Origin: Candidatus Zixiibacteriota bacterium
GTDB taxonomy: Bacteria > Zixibacteria > MSB-5A5 > UBA10806 > 4484-95
Length of the DNA: 64,000 nucleotides
NCBI GenBank assembly: GCA_037441845.1
Contig: JBBIRK010000006.1
Location: 193,406 to 257,405, forward strand
Reading direction: 5' to 3'
Below, in pieces: positions 49,231-59,031 of this stretch (position 1 is its first letter; every line of letters begins with the position of its first letter). The notes beneath the pieces are model-generated. The model saw nothing but the letters and a program-made list of their open reading frames with translations, was not told the DNA's origin and made no database searches. The translations under genes were made by a program, and so were the position numbers.

Positions 49231-50456
49231 AATGTTCGAACCGACTCGAAACCGATTTCATCGGCCTGCACCTGGAAAACCCGTTTCTGCTTTCCGCCGG
49301 GCCGTCGACCGATGCCTTGTCAATGGCGCGACGCGGTCTCGAGGCCGGCTGGGCCGGGCTCATACTCAAAACGACATCCTTGAATACGGCTAAAGTCAAT
49401 CTGGCTTACCCGATGATGAGCCGATTCGATAGCTACGGCCGATTCGCCGGTATGGGGAATATCGATTTGATCAGCATCCATCATATCGACGAAGTCGCCC
49501 AGCGGGTGAAAATACTGAAGTCGGCTTTTCCACATAAAATAATCGGCGCCTCCATAATGTCCGATTCGATCGACGGTTGGCGGTTTCTGGCCAGGGAGTT
49601 GAAAGCGGCCGGAGCGGACCTGATCGAGTGCAGCTTTTCCTGCCCTCAGGGAAATATGGGGGAAGACGCCGGCAAGATGCTGGCGCAAAGCGAAAAAGCC
49701 ACTGAAAAGATCGCCCAAGCGGTGAAAGAGGCCGCCGGTGATCTGCCGGTGTTGATCAAAATCACGCCGCAGGTGACCGATATCGCGGCTATCGCCAGGG
49801 CCGTCAAATCATCGGGATGTGACGGGGTAACCGCCTCGAATTCGATCCCCGCTTTGATGGGAATAGATATCGAGTCGATGGTTCCGATTCCGGTCGTGGG
49901 AGGGAAATCGACCTACTCAGGGTTGTCGGGTCCGGCCATAAAACCGATTACCTTGCGCACTATCGCCGAAATAGCTCGTCATGTGCCCGATCTTCCCGTA
50001 TCGGGCAACGGCGGCGTGAGGAACTGGCAAGATGCGGTCGAGCTGATGGCCGTAGGCGCAGGAACGATTCAAATTTGCACGGCGGTGATGTTGCATGGAT
50101 TCGGGATAATCGAAGATTTGGTAAGCGGGCTTGACAATTACCTCGAATGCAAGGGATACGACTCGGTTATGCGGATAATCGGCCTGGCGCTGCCGCATAT
50201 TTGCGACCACGATTCTTTGCCGAGACTCAGACCACGAAGCCGTGTGGTCGAAAGCAGATGCGTGGGCTGCGGCCTCTGCTACGTGGCCTGCCGCGATGGC
50301 GGACACGAAGCGATAAACTGGAACCAATCGACCCGTTTGCCGAAAGTGGATGTCGAAAAATGCGTCGGCTGCGGGCTATGCCTGCTGTTGCAGCCGGTCG
50401 AGGGGTGTCTTGAGCTCGTCTTCGCCGACAATCAATCAAGCAAGGGGAAATCATAA
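49224..50456 (+). CDS. preA: Dihydropyrimidine dehydrogenase PreA-like FMN subunit with C-terminal ferredoxin
   Basis: NPFLL, LKT, FSCPQG, KITP, SGPAIKPI, QICTA, CVGCGLCYVACRDGGH. Confidence 0.88.
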   Translation: MLKCSNRLETDFIGLHLENPFLLSAGPSTDALSMARRGLEAGWAGLILKTTSLNTAKVNLAYPMMSRFDSYGRFAGMGNIDLISIHHIDEVAQRVKILKSAFPHKIIGASIMSDSIDGWRFLARELKAAGADLIECSFSCPQGNMGEDAGKMLAQSEKATEKIAQAVKEAAGDLPVLIKITPQVTDIAAIARAVKSSGCDGVTASNSIPALMGIDIESMVPIPVVGGKSTYSGLSGPAIKPITLRTIAEIARHVPDLPVSGNGGVRNWQDAVELMAVGAGTIQICTAVMLHGFGIIEDLVSGLDNYLECKGYDSVMRIIGLALPHICDHDSLPRLRPRSRVVESRCVGCGLCYVACRDGGHEAINWNQSTRLPKVDVEKCVGCGLCLLLQPVEGCLELVFADNQSSKGKS

Positions 50457-50458
50457 CT

Positions 50459-52204
50459 ATGTCAAGCAATCCATTCGCACGCCGCTCCACCAAGGCTATC
50501 AAAGAACTGATAGAGGTGTCCTCGGGAAAAAAACCGGCCGATTTCAGCCTGGATAACTGCCGCATAGTCAACGTCTATTCGGGTGAGATCGTGGAGGGCA
50601 GTATTGCGATTTTTCAGGATCGGATAGCCGGGGTCGGGCCGCGTTACAAGGCCGCCAGACGAATCAATATCGGCGGTCGTCTCGTGGCTCCAGGCCTGAT
50701 CGACGGTCATTTTCACGTCGAGTCGTCGCTTGTGACTATACCTGAACTCGCTCGGGTGATCGTGCCGCGCGGAACGACCTCGATAATCGCCGATCCTCAC
50801 GAAATTGCCAACGTGCTCGGTTACGATGGCATCCGCTATATGCTCGAATCGTCGAAATATAATCCGCTTAACGTATTCCTGACGCTGCCTTCTTGCGTCC
50901 CCTCAACCGATCTCGAAACCTCAGGATCGACCATGAAGGCTTTCGATATCTTCCCCTTTTTCCGCGAAAAATGGGTGGTCGGCCTGGGCGAGGTGATGAA
51001 TTATGCCGGAGTCATAAGCGGCGAGGATGATTTGATCGAGAAAATCTCGATCACCGAGGGCAAGCGGGTCGAAGGGCACGCTCCCGGATTGAGCGGAAAA
51101 GAATTGGCCGGGTATATTTCCGCCGGAATATCTTCCGACCACGAATCGACGACGTTGGCCGAGGCGAAAGAAAAACTGCGATTGGGGATGCACGTGATGA
51201 TCCGCGAGGGATCGGCTGCCAGAAATCTTCGGGAACTTCTGCCGCTCGTCAATGAATCGAACAAACATCGATTCATGCTGGTCACCGATGATCATAATCC
51301 GAGTGACATACTCGATTCGGGACATATGGACGGCGTAGTGCGAAAGGCGATAAAGTTCGGCCTCAAACCGATAACGGCGATCCAGATGGCGAGTCTCAAT
51401 CCCGCGCTCTATTTCGGTCTTAAAGATATCGGCGGAATCGCCCCCGGCATGGTGGCCGATTTGATAGTGATCGACGATTTCAAAAACTTCAAAGTGACGG
51501 AGGTGTTCAAGCGGGGGGTAATGGTGGGTCGTGAAGGCGTAGCCGTCTATGATGATATTCCGCGCCCCAAGCCTTTAATAAGAAGCACGGTCAATATCAA
51601 GTGGCTCGACGGCGATGAATTCAAGATTCCCGCCGGAAAAGGCAGTTGCAGGGTCATCGAAATCGTGCCCGATCAATTGATCACGTTGCACAGACTTTTC
51701 CGGCCGAAACTCAACGGGCGTGAAGTAATCGCGGATACCAAACGCGATATACTCAAACTATTCGTGCTGGAACGGCACACCGCCTCCGGCAGAATCGGTA
51801 AGGGACTGGTCAAGGGTTTCGGCATTGCCAAGGGAGCCGCGGCCACGTCAATCGCTCATGACTCCCACAACATCATCGCCGTGGGCGCCTGCGATTCGGA
51901 TATTTTCAAAGCCGTGATTCATATAAACAAAATGGGCGGTGGTATGGTGGTGGTCGCCGATGGCGAAGTGTTGGCTGAAGTAAGGCTGCCGATCGCCGGA
52001 TTGATGTCCGACAGGCCGCTGGCGGAGATCGCGGCTGATGTGGAGCAGTTGAATAGGACATTATCCGATCTCGGATCTAAATTGAACGATCCGATAATGA
52101 CCCTGAGTTTTCTCGCCTTGCCGGTCATTCCCGAGCTTAAACTGACCGACCATGGCCTCATCGATGTTAAACAATTCAAGATAGTCGATTTGTTCGTCAA
52201 ATAA
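50459..52204 (+). CDS. ade: Adenine deaminase
   Basis: DGHFHVESS, DPHEIANV, EVMN, GHAP, SDHE, REGS, VTDD, AHDSHN, ALPVIP. Confidence 0.95.
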   Translation: MSSNPFARRSTKAIKELIEVSSGKKPADFSLDNCRIVNVYSGEIVEGSIAIFQDRIAGVGPRYKAARRINIGGRLVAPGLIDGHFHVESSLVTIPELARVIVPRGTTSIIADPHEIANVLGYDGIRYMLESSKYNPLNVFLTLPSCVPSTDLETSGSTMKAFDIFPFFREKWVVGLGEVMNYAGVISGEDDLIEKISITEGKRVEGHAPGLSGKELAGYISAGISSDHESTTLAEAKEKLRLGMHVMIREGSAARNLRELLPLVNESNKHRFMLVTDDHNPSDILDSGHMDGVVRKAIKFGLKPITAIQMASLNPALYFGLKDIGGIAPGMVADLIVIDDFKNFKVTEVFKRGVMVGREGVAVYDDIPRPKPLIRSTVNIKWLDGDEFKIPAGKGSCRVIEIVPDQLITLHRLFRPKLNGREVIADTKRDILKLFVLERHTASGRIGKGLVKGFGIAKGAAATSIAHDSHNIIAVGACDSDIFKAVIHINKMGGGMVVVADGEVLAEVRLPIAGLMSDRPLAEIAADVEQLNRTLSDLGSKLNDPIMTLSFLALPVIPELKLTDHGLIDVKQFKIVDLFVK

Positions 52205-52205
52205 T

Positions 52206-53525
52206 ATGCCCAAACAAATTGTAGCCGGTGCGGCGGTTTACAGCAATGACGAGAATGGATCTTTTTACGATCGAGGAGCGATCGTATTTGATCGAAAAAT
52301 TATCGCTGTAGGCCCGGAAGATTCGATCCTCGAGTCGAATCCCGACCTGCAGCCGATCCGACTCAATGGCGGACTGATTACGCCGGGATTGATCAATCTT
52401 CATCATCATCTTTATTCCGCGATGGCCCGTGGTTGGATAGCGGACACAGGCGATCCCGAAAATTTCAAGCAGATACTGGAAAAAATATGGTGGCGTCTCG
52501 ATGAGGCCTTGAGCCTGGATGATATCTATTTTTCCGCCGTCAGCGGAATCTGCGAATCGATACGCTCCGGAGTAACTGCAATCGCCGATCATCATTCCAG
52601 CCAAAGGATGGTCAAGGGATCATTGGGAAAAATCGCGGAGGCATTGACTTTGGTAGGAGCGCGCGGCTCGATCTGTTTCGAGCTCAGCGGACGCAGGGGA
52701 AAGCGTATCCTGAATGAAGGTATCGAAGAAACGCTCGCCGCATTTGAAAGATATTCCGCCGATGGCATGGTTACGCCCATGATCGGCTTGCACGCCTCCA
52801 TGACCCTATCGGATGCCGACCTCGAGCTGATCGCTGAGCGCACCCTTGGACCGCGTCCCGGTTTTCATTTTCATCTCGCCGAGGCTGAAATCGATCAAAT
52901 GGAATCGCTGAAAAAATCCGGTATCAGAGCGGCGGCCAGATTCGCCCGTTTCGGCTTGCTCAACGAAAAAAGTCTCGCCGTCCATGGAGTCCATCTCGAA
53001 CCGGCGGAGGTCGATCTTCTCCGATCGAGCGGAACCACTCTGGTGATCTGCCCGCGTTCGAATCAGAACAACGCAGTGGGATGCGCGCCATGGTGGAAAT
53101 ACGAAAACCTGAATGTGGGAATCGGCACCGATGGAATCGACTCAAATATAATTCAGGAAGCCAGGGCGGCACTCTATTCCGCCCGCCTGTTGACCGCCGA
53201 CCCCAACTTCGGCTTCGATAAATTGAAAACGATGCTCCTTGAAAACGGCGTCCGGGCGTTCAGCGGAATTTCCGGAGTCGGTCTGGGTGGCATAGCGGTC
53301 GGCAACGCCGCCGATTTCGTTCATTGGGATTACCATCCGCCGACTCCGATCGATTCGCGAAACATTTGGGGACATTACCTATACGGTCTGGGCGATTGCC
53401 GGGCGGATTCGGTTTGGATCGACGGCAAGCCCGTGCTAAAAAACGGCCAATTCGTCAACTTCGATTACGAAGCGGCGATGATCGAATGCCGTAAGAGAGC
53501 CGCCCGGCTTTGGGAGCGCGCATGA
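52206..53525 (+). CDS. ssnA: SsnA-like amidohydrolase
   Basis: NLHHHLYS, WWRLDEAL, DHHSS, GLHASMT, HFHLAE, SNQNNAVG, GTDG. Confidence 0.85.
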   Translation: MPKQIVAGAAVYSNDENGSFYDRGAIVFDRKIIAVGPEDSILESNPDLQPIRLNGGLITPGLINLHHHLYSAMARGWIADTGDPENFKQILEKIWWRLDEALSLDDIYFSAVSGICESIRSGVTAIADHHSSQRMVKGSLGKIAEALTLVGARGSICFELSGRRGKRILNEGIEETLAAFERYSADGMVTPMIGLHASMTLSDADLELIAERTLGPRPGFHFHLAEAEIDQMESLKKSGIRAAARFARFGLLNEKSLAVHGVHLEPAEVDLLRSSGTTLVICPRSNQNNAVGCAPWWKYENLNVGIGTDGIDSNIIQEARAALYSARLLTADPNFGFDKLKTMLLENGVRAFSGISGVGLGGIAVGNAADFVHWDYHPPTPIDSRNIWGHYLYGLGDCRADSVWIDGKPVLKNGQFVNFDYEAAMIECRKRAARLWERA

Positions 53526-54760
53526 AATATAGACTTCGCTGCGTCTCTTGCCAAAAGGAATATCCGGCCGACCCGATGGCGTTAACCTGTCCGCAATGCG
53601 GCCCTTTCAAAGGCACTTTCGATGTTCGTTATTCCCTGGGTAAAACTAACTTGTCATTAGAATCATTGGCGCAGGCCTTCGGAAGAATCTCGATATTCGA
53701 ACTTTTCATCGACATATTTCCCTTTGAAAATACGAACAGCCTACCCTCGCTTTCCGTGGGCGGCACACCGCTTTTCGGTTCTCCACGGTTATGCCGCTAT
53801 CTGGATACGCCGGGACTCCTGATAAAAGACGACTCGCGTAATCCATCGGCCTCGTTCAAGGACCGCGCTTCGGCAATGGTTCTGGCCATGGCCCGCGAAA
53901 GTGGCGCGAAAACCATCGCCGTCGCCTCCACGGGAAACGCCGCTTCATCGCTGGCGGCATCGGCGGCCGCAACCGATATCCGAGCGATCGTGTTCGTTCC
54001 CGAAACGATCCCTCGCCCGAAACTGATCCAGATCATGTTTCATGGCGCAAAAGTAATCAGGCTGAATTGCAATTACGATCGGGCCTTCGATTTATGCAAC
54101 GAATTTTGTAAACGCAATCGCTGGTATAACCGAAATACCGCGATAAATCCATTCACTGGCGAGGGGAAAAAAAGCGCCGCTCTCGAAATCGTCGTTCAGT
54201 TGGGAAAATCTCCCGAGGCGGTCGTCTGTCCGGTGGGCGACGGATGCATAATAAGCGGACTTCACAAAGGTTTCAGCGATCTTGTCGAGCTGGGATTGAT
54301 TGCCTCATCGCCGCGCCTTTACGGCGTTCAGGCGGAAAATTCGGCCCCTCTGGCCGCCGCATTCGATACCGGTGGTGAAATTCGGCCGATCACTGATCCA
54401 TCCACGGTCGCCGATTCCATTCGCGTGGGTTATCCGAGAGACGGTTTCAAAGCGCTAAGGGCGGCCAAAAACAGCGGCGGCGCCGTTATAGCCGTCGAGG
54501 ATCGCCTGATCCTTGAGACGCAAAAGCTGTTGGCCGAAAAAGCCGGCATTTGGGCGGAACCTGCGGCGGCGGCGTCGCTGGCGGGATATATACACCTGAT
54601 CGAGACGAAAATTATCGACCGACGCGAACAGACCGTGATTTTGATTACGGGCCACGGTCTGAAAGATATCGAATCGGCGGCGCGAAATTCGGTTGATTTG
54701 CCGATTCTCGTCGAGCCCGATATCGAAGCGATAGAAAATCATCTGGCACGCGATCATTAA
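53522..54760 (+). CDS. Threonine synthase-like PLP enzyme (fold type II) with N-terminal zinc ribbon
   Basis: CVSC..CPQC, NPSASFKDR, ASTGNAA, PVGDG, ITGHGLK. Confidence 0.85.
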   Translation: MKYRLRCVSCQKEYPADPMALTCPQCGPFKGTFDVRYSLGKTNLSLESLAQAFGRISIFELFIDIFPFENTNSLPSLSVGGTPLFGSPRLCRYLDTPGLLIKDDSRNPSASFKDRASAMVLAMARESGAKTIAVASTGNAASSLAASAAATDIRAIVFVPETIPRPKLIQIMFHGAKVIRLNCNYDRAFDLCNEFCKRNRWYNRNTAINPFTGEGKKSAALEIVVQLGKSPEAVVCPVGDGCIISGLHKGFSDLVELGLIASSPRLYGVQAENSAPLAAAFDTGGEIRPITDPSTVADSIRVGYPRDGFKALRAAKNSGGAVIAVEDRLILETQKLLAEKAGIWAEPAAAASLAGYIHLIETKIIDRREQTVILITGHGLKDIESAARNSVDLPILVEPDIEAIENHLARDH

Positions 54761-54786
54761 CGGATAATATAACGGAGAAAAAAACG

Positions 54787-55836
54787 ATGATACGATGGAA
54801 TCATAATGGCAAAATCGCGAAAAGCATCTTCGAAACGATCGGAGCCACGCCCCTCGTAAAACTGAATCGCATTCCGCGAATGTTCAACGTCGATACGGAA
54901 ATACTGGGCAAGTTGGAATACTTCTCGCCCTCGGGCAGCCTCAAAGATAGAATTTATCTTAACATTTTCAATCGGGCGGAAAAAGCCGGAAAGCTGCGCA
55001 AGGGAATGACCGTGCTCGAATGCTCGACCGGCAACGCCGGCATCAGCTGCTCATTCGTGGCCGCGGTCAAGGGCTACCCCTGCATAATCGTCATGCCCGA
55101 GGGTATGTCCGAAGAGCGAAAAATGCTCGATATCGCCTACGGGGCGCAGATGGTTTACACGCCGGGCGGGGAAAGCGATGTCGATCTGGCTTTACAAAAG
55201 CTCGAGGAGATCCGCGCCGCCGACCCGCGCAAATACTGGGTGCCGGCCCAGTTCGATAACCCCGACAACGTCTCGGCCCACTATAAGACTACCGGACCGG
55301 AAATCTGGGAACAAACGCGAGGCCGCTTTGACGCCTTCGTCGCCACCCAGGGAACCGGTGGGACGTTAACCGGGGCGGGACGTTATTTCCGCCGGAAAAA
55401 CAAGAAAATCAAACTTTACGCAGTTGAACCGGCCGAATGCCCACTGTTATCGCAGAGGCGGTGGGGACCCCACGGCATCGAGGGGATCGGCGATGGTTTC
55501 GTGCCGCTCAATCTCGATGTCTCGATCCTCGACGGAATTATCACCACGACCACCGATGAGGCGATCGATATGGCCCGGGCTTTGGCCTCGAAAGAAGGGA
55601 TATTCTGCGGCATTTCCTCAGGCTCCAATGTCGCCGCCGCAATCAAACTCGCTAGGGCTCACCCCCGCTTGAAAAGGATAGTGACGATGATCAACGACAC
55701 CGGCCAACGCTACTTCTCGACCCCCCTGTGCGGCGTCCAAAAGCAAGTCGAAATCCCTGACCGTCCCCATCCGATGGATGAACGAACCAGGAATCTGCTC
55801 GACAAGTATCAGGCGCGATGGGAGATTATCCAATGA
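54787..55836 (+). CDS. Cysteine synthase-like PLP enzyme (fold type II)
   Basis: IGATPLV, PSGSLKDR, STGNAG, GTGGT, IEGIG, GISSG, DTGQRY. Confidence 0.88.
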   Translation: MIRWNHNGKIAKSIFETIGATPLVKLNRIPRMFNVDTEILGKLEYFSPSGSLKDRIYLNIFNRAEKAGKLRKGMTVLECSTGNAGISCSFVAAVKGYPCIIVMPEGMSEERKMLDIAYGAQMVYTPGGESDVDLALQKLEEIRAADPRKYWVPAQFDNPDNVSAHYKTTGPEIWEQTRGRFDAFVATQGTGGTLTGAGRYFRRKNKKIKLYAVEPAECPLLSQRRWGPHGIEGIGDGFVPLNLDVSILDGIITTTTDEAIDMARALASKEGIFCGISSGSNVAAAIKLARAHPRLKRIVTMINDTGQRYFSTPLCGVQKQVEIPDRPHPMDERTRNLLDKYQARWEIIQ

Positions 55837-57032
55837 GCATGATAGATCCTCGCGGGATATTGAGCCGTGCGCATGACCTGAAAAATTACGCCGCGCAAAT
55901 CTTGAGCCGTTTGATATCGATTCGCTCGCTTTCGGGCGCCGAAAAAGAAGTGGCTCTTTTCCTGAAAGAAGAATTCGCCCGATGCGGCGCCGAGTCGGTG
56001 GAGATCGATCGATTCGGAAACGTCATCGCCTCCATCGGCTCCGGCAAGCCGGTTATCGCATTCGATGCTCATATAGACACCGTCGATATCGGCGAACCTT
56101 CGCTCTGGAACATCGATCCGTTCGGCGGAAAAATCAGCGGCGGCAAGGTTTGGGGGCGCGGCGCATCCGATCAGAAGGGCGGCATGGCGGCTATGTTGAC
56201 CGCACTTAAAATACTTTCCTCGTTGAAAACCCGACTGAAATCCACCGTATACATGGTTGGCTCGGTTCTCGAGGAAGATTGCGATGGTTTATGCTGGCGA
56301 TTTTTGATCGAAAAATCAGGCCTGCGCCCGGATTTCGTTATCCTGACGGAGCCCACCGACGGCAATATCAATCGTGGTCAGCGCGGAAGAATGGAGATCG
56401 AAATCGTGGTCCACGGCCTATCCTGTCACGGCTCGGCGCCTGAGCGGGGCGACAACGCCATCTACAAAATCGCTCCCATTATTGAGGCGCTACGCCGGCT
56501 CAACGACCGTTTGCCCGAGGATCCATTTCTCGGCAAGGGGTCGATCGCCCTATCGCGGCTCCGATCGAACTCGCCCTCGCTTTGCGCCGTTGCCGATATG
56601 GCGGCGGTCTATATCGATCGCAGATTGACCGCGGGCGAAACCCCGGAATCAGCCGCTGAACAGATAAAAACGCTCGATGAAGTCAAATTGTCCGCGGCTG
56701 AGGTCGTCATTCCCTTATTCGAAAAATCGAGCTGGAACGATTACCGATTTCCGGTGCCCAAAATTTATCCCGCTTGGACGCTTCCGCAAAACCACCCGCT
56801 TGCGGAGAATTCCTGCCGAACATTCGAAATTCTCTTCGAAAAGAAACCGGTTCTGAGCAAGTGGACATTTTCAACCAACGGCGTGGCTACCATGGGGATG
56901 TTCGGCATTCCGACTATCGGCTTCGGCCCGGGCAGCGAATCACTTGCCCACGCCCCCAACGAATTCGTGGAAATCGACTATCTGGTGAGATGTTCGGCTT
57001 TATATAGTTTATTGCCTTGGCTTCTGACGTAG
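55833..57032 (+). CDS. ygeY: YgeY-like M20 metallohydrolase
   Basis: DAHIDTV, GRGASDQKGG, EEDCDG, GQRGRME, SCHGSAPERG, FSTNG, AHAPNE. Confidence 0.9.
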   Translation: MSMIDPRGILSRAHDLKNYAAQILSRLISIRSLSGAEKEVALFLKEEFARCGAESVEIDRFGNVIASIGSGKPVIAFDAHIDTVDIGEPSLWNIDPFGGKISGGKVWGRGASDQKGGMAAMLTALKILSSLKTRLKSTVYMVGSVLEEDCDGLCWRFLIEKSGLRPDFVILTEPTDGNINRGQRGRMEIEIVVHGLSCHGSAPERGDNAIYKIAPIIEALRRLNDRLPEDPFLGKGSIALSRLRSNSPSLCAVADMAAVYIDRRLTAGETPESAAEQIKTLDEVKLSAAEVVIPLFEKSSWNDYRFPVPKIYPAWTLPQNHPLAENSCRTFEILFEKKPVLSKWTFSTNGVATMGMFGIPTIGFGPGSESLAHAPNEFVEIDYLVRCSALYSLLPWLLT

Positions 57033-57052
57033 CCTAAAATCCGAAATTCCCA

Positions 57053-57874
57053 TCATACCATCCGACTTTTTCGGTTCCGATCGGAATCTCCCGTAGAGGG
57101 CTTTCTTATTTCCTTAATAATTTCAGCCGCTATTGCCAAGGCGATTTCGTATGGTCCCTCGGCCCCGATATCGAGTCCGATCGGAGCATGAATCCGATCG
57201 AGCAATTCCTGACCCAAACCCATTTCTTTCAGGGTATTGAATGTCCGCGCCACCTTGGCTTTCGATCCTATCATACCGACGTAGGCGAATTTCCCCTTAA
57301 TGACCTTTGCCAAGACGGAAAGGTCGTTCTTATGACCATGGGTGACTATTACTACATAGCAATTTTCATCGATAGCGGGGAAATTTTTTTCATAAAGTCC
57401 GTCGGTGAGAATCGTCTCTGCGGAAACACCAAGATTATCGAGCAAATCGGCACGATCATCGACCACCACGAGCTTCATGCCGAGGCCGACTGCAAGACGT
57501 GATAGTTCCCGGCCGATATGCCCGGCACCGAATATCACCAGCTTCTTGGCTCGGCCGTATAATTCCAGAAAAACGTCGGCCGTTCCGCCACAATGCATAC
57601 CGGTGGCATGCTCGCCAGTTTCCTCGAAACGGTAATGTTTAAGTTGGCAGCGGTCAGCCTCTCTAAACATGGCGCGGCAATCGCCGATCACTATTTTCTC
57701 GAAATTGCCCCCGCCGATAGTCCCTTCAATCGTGCCATCGGGGAACACGATCATCTTGGCGCCCGGATCGCGGGGGACCGAGCCGGTCGTTTTCACCAAA
57801 GTCGCCAGCACAAACGGCTTGCCCGCAGCCATTACCTCCGCCAACCGCTTGTGGATATCCGCATATTCGACCAT
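57053..57874 (-). CDS. xdhC: XdhC/CoxI family Moco chaperone
   Basis: GSVPR..GAKM, GTIGGG, GMHCGG, FGAGHI, GMIGS, APIGLDIGA. Confidence 0.92.
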   Translation of the reverse strand: MVEYADIHKRLAEVMAAGKPFVLATLVKTTGSVPRDPGAKMIVFPDGTIEGTIGGGNFEKIVIGDCRAMFREADRCQLKHYRFEETGEHATGMHCGGTADVFLELYGRAKKLVIFGAGHIGRELSRLAVGLGMKLVVVDDRADLLDNLGVSAETILTDGLYEKNFPAIDENCYVVIVTHGHKNDLSVLAKVIKGKFAYVGMIGSKAKVARTFNTLKEMGLGQELLDRIHAPIGLDIGAEGPYEIALAIAAEIIKEIRKPSTGDSDRNRKSRMV

Positions 57875-57931
57875 TCGATAAATTACCCTCGCCGACCGGC
57901 GACTTCAAGTTTTAATACGGACCTCTCTGCT

Positions 57932-58459
57932 TTATTCATTCGACTGTCGATTCGGCAAGTTTATCGTTCCGGGCAAAAATCTTTTCACGAGCCGGTCGGC
58001 GATTGCGGCCACATCCCGATGACTGAAATTGGGAATTCCTTCCAAGCGGCTATGGTCGGAGACCACCGCCAAGAGTTTTATGTCGTGCTCGAAAGCCGGC
58101 CGATTAGCAGAGCCGATACACTCGATCCGAGGAAAATCCGCGCCGCCGTGTCCTTCCCAAAGCACGAAAACAAGGCCGCTGAACATCGTTCCTATAATTT
58201 TGTCGATCGTTGGCTGATCGGATTTTTTCGCGTGCATGACGAACCCGCCGGGGGAGAGGATGAACGTCGTAACAGCGCCCGCTTTGCGATGTCTCCAGGA
58301 ATCGGTCTGTGGGCGGTCGAAATCGTGATCGTGAGAAGTATGCTTTACCGTGCCCACCTTATAACCGCGCGCTGTCAATTCTTCCACAAGGCCGACTATC
58401 AACGTCGTCTTGCCGCTTTTTTTCTCGCCGACGATTTGTAGGCGGATCGGTTCACTCAT
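57932..58459 (-). CDS. mobB: Molybdopterin-guanine dinucleotide biosynthesis protein B
   Basis: GEKKSGKTT, VKHTSH, DSWRH..AGA, EG. Confidence 0.88.
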   Translation of the reverse strand: MSEPIRLQIVGEKKSGKTTLIVGLVEELTARGYKVGTVKHTSHDHDFDRPQTDSWRHRKAGAVTTFILSPGGFVMHAKKSDQPTIDKIIGTMFSGLVFVLWEGHGGADFPRIECIGSANRPAFEHDIKLLAVVSDHSRLEGIPNFSHRDVAAIADRLVKRFLPGTINLPNRQSNE

Positions 58460-59031
58460 TTGGGCAATGCTCGCAGTTGCCGGGGCTCGTTTATATTCAG
58501 CAGCGCCGAACTTCCCTTATCCACACGAACCAATCCACATCGGAGCCCCATAAGTCCTTCGCTTAGCTTTAATCTTCGCCTTTTGAGAAGATAGCGCCAG
58601 TAGGGTGCGGTCGCGGCACGATAAAGGCCGGCCAGCGGCTCGGGCCGCCCGTCCGAGGTTAAGGTCAATACGTCGAACCCGCTTCGGTCGGCGTGTAAAA
58701 GACGAAAAAGCTCATCGGTCGACAGATACGGCAAGTCGACCGCCGCAATCAACGCCCATGCAGACGGACAAAATTCCAAAGCGGCCACCAGACCGCCGAG
58801 CGGGCCGCAGTCGGGTGCGGCATCGCGCAAACACGAGCTCGTATCCTCCGGAAAATTGTCTCCCACGAGTATCGGTTCTTTCCCCAGGGTACTACGGAGA
58901 AGGTCCCGAGTCCTCTCCAAAAGCGTAACACCGCCGATCGTAATCGTGCGTTTATCGATACCCATGCGGCTGCTCCGACCTCCTGCTATAATGAACCCGG
59001 TTACATCGACATTGGAATTGCTTACAGCCAT
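58456..59031 (-). CDS. mobA: Molybdenum cofactor guanylyltransferase
   Basis: AGGRSSRMGIDK, GPLGG, VDLP, EPL, NIN. Confidence 0.9.
   Translation of the reverse strand: MAVSNSNVDVTGFIIAGGRSSRMGIDKRTITIGGVTLLERTRDLLRSTLGKEPILVGDNFPEDTSSCLRDAAPDCGPLGGLVAALEFCPSAWALIAAVDLPYLSTDELFRLLHADRSGFDVLTLTSDGRPEPLAGLYRAATAPYWRYLLKRRRLKLSEGLMGLRCGLVRVDKGSSALLNINEPRQLRALPK

Noticed and set aside
39209..55836. Selenocysteine read-through at TGA stops in the Mo-hydroxylase cluster
   Set aside because: The proteins are full length at their stops; many TGAs are ATGA overlaps with the next start codon
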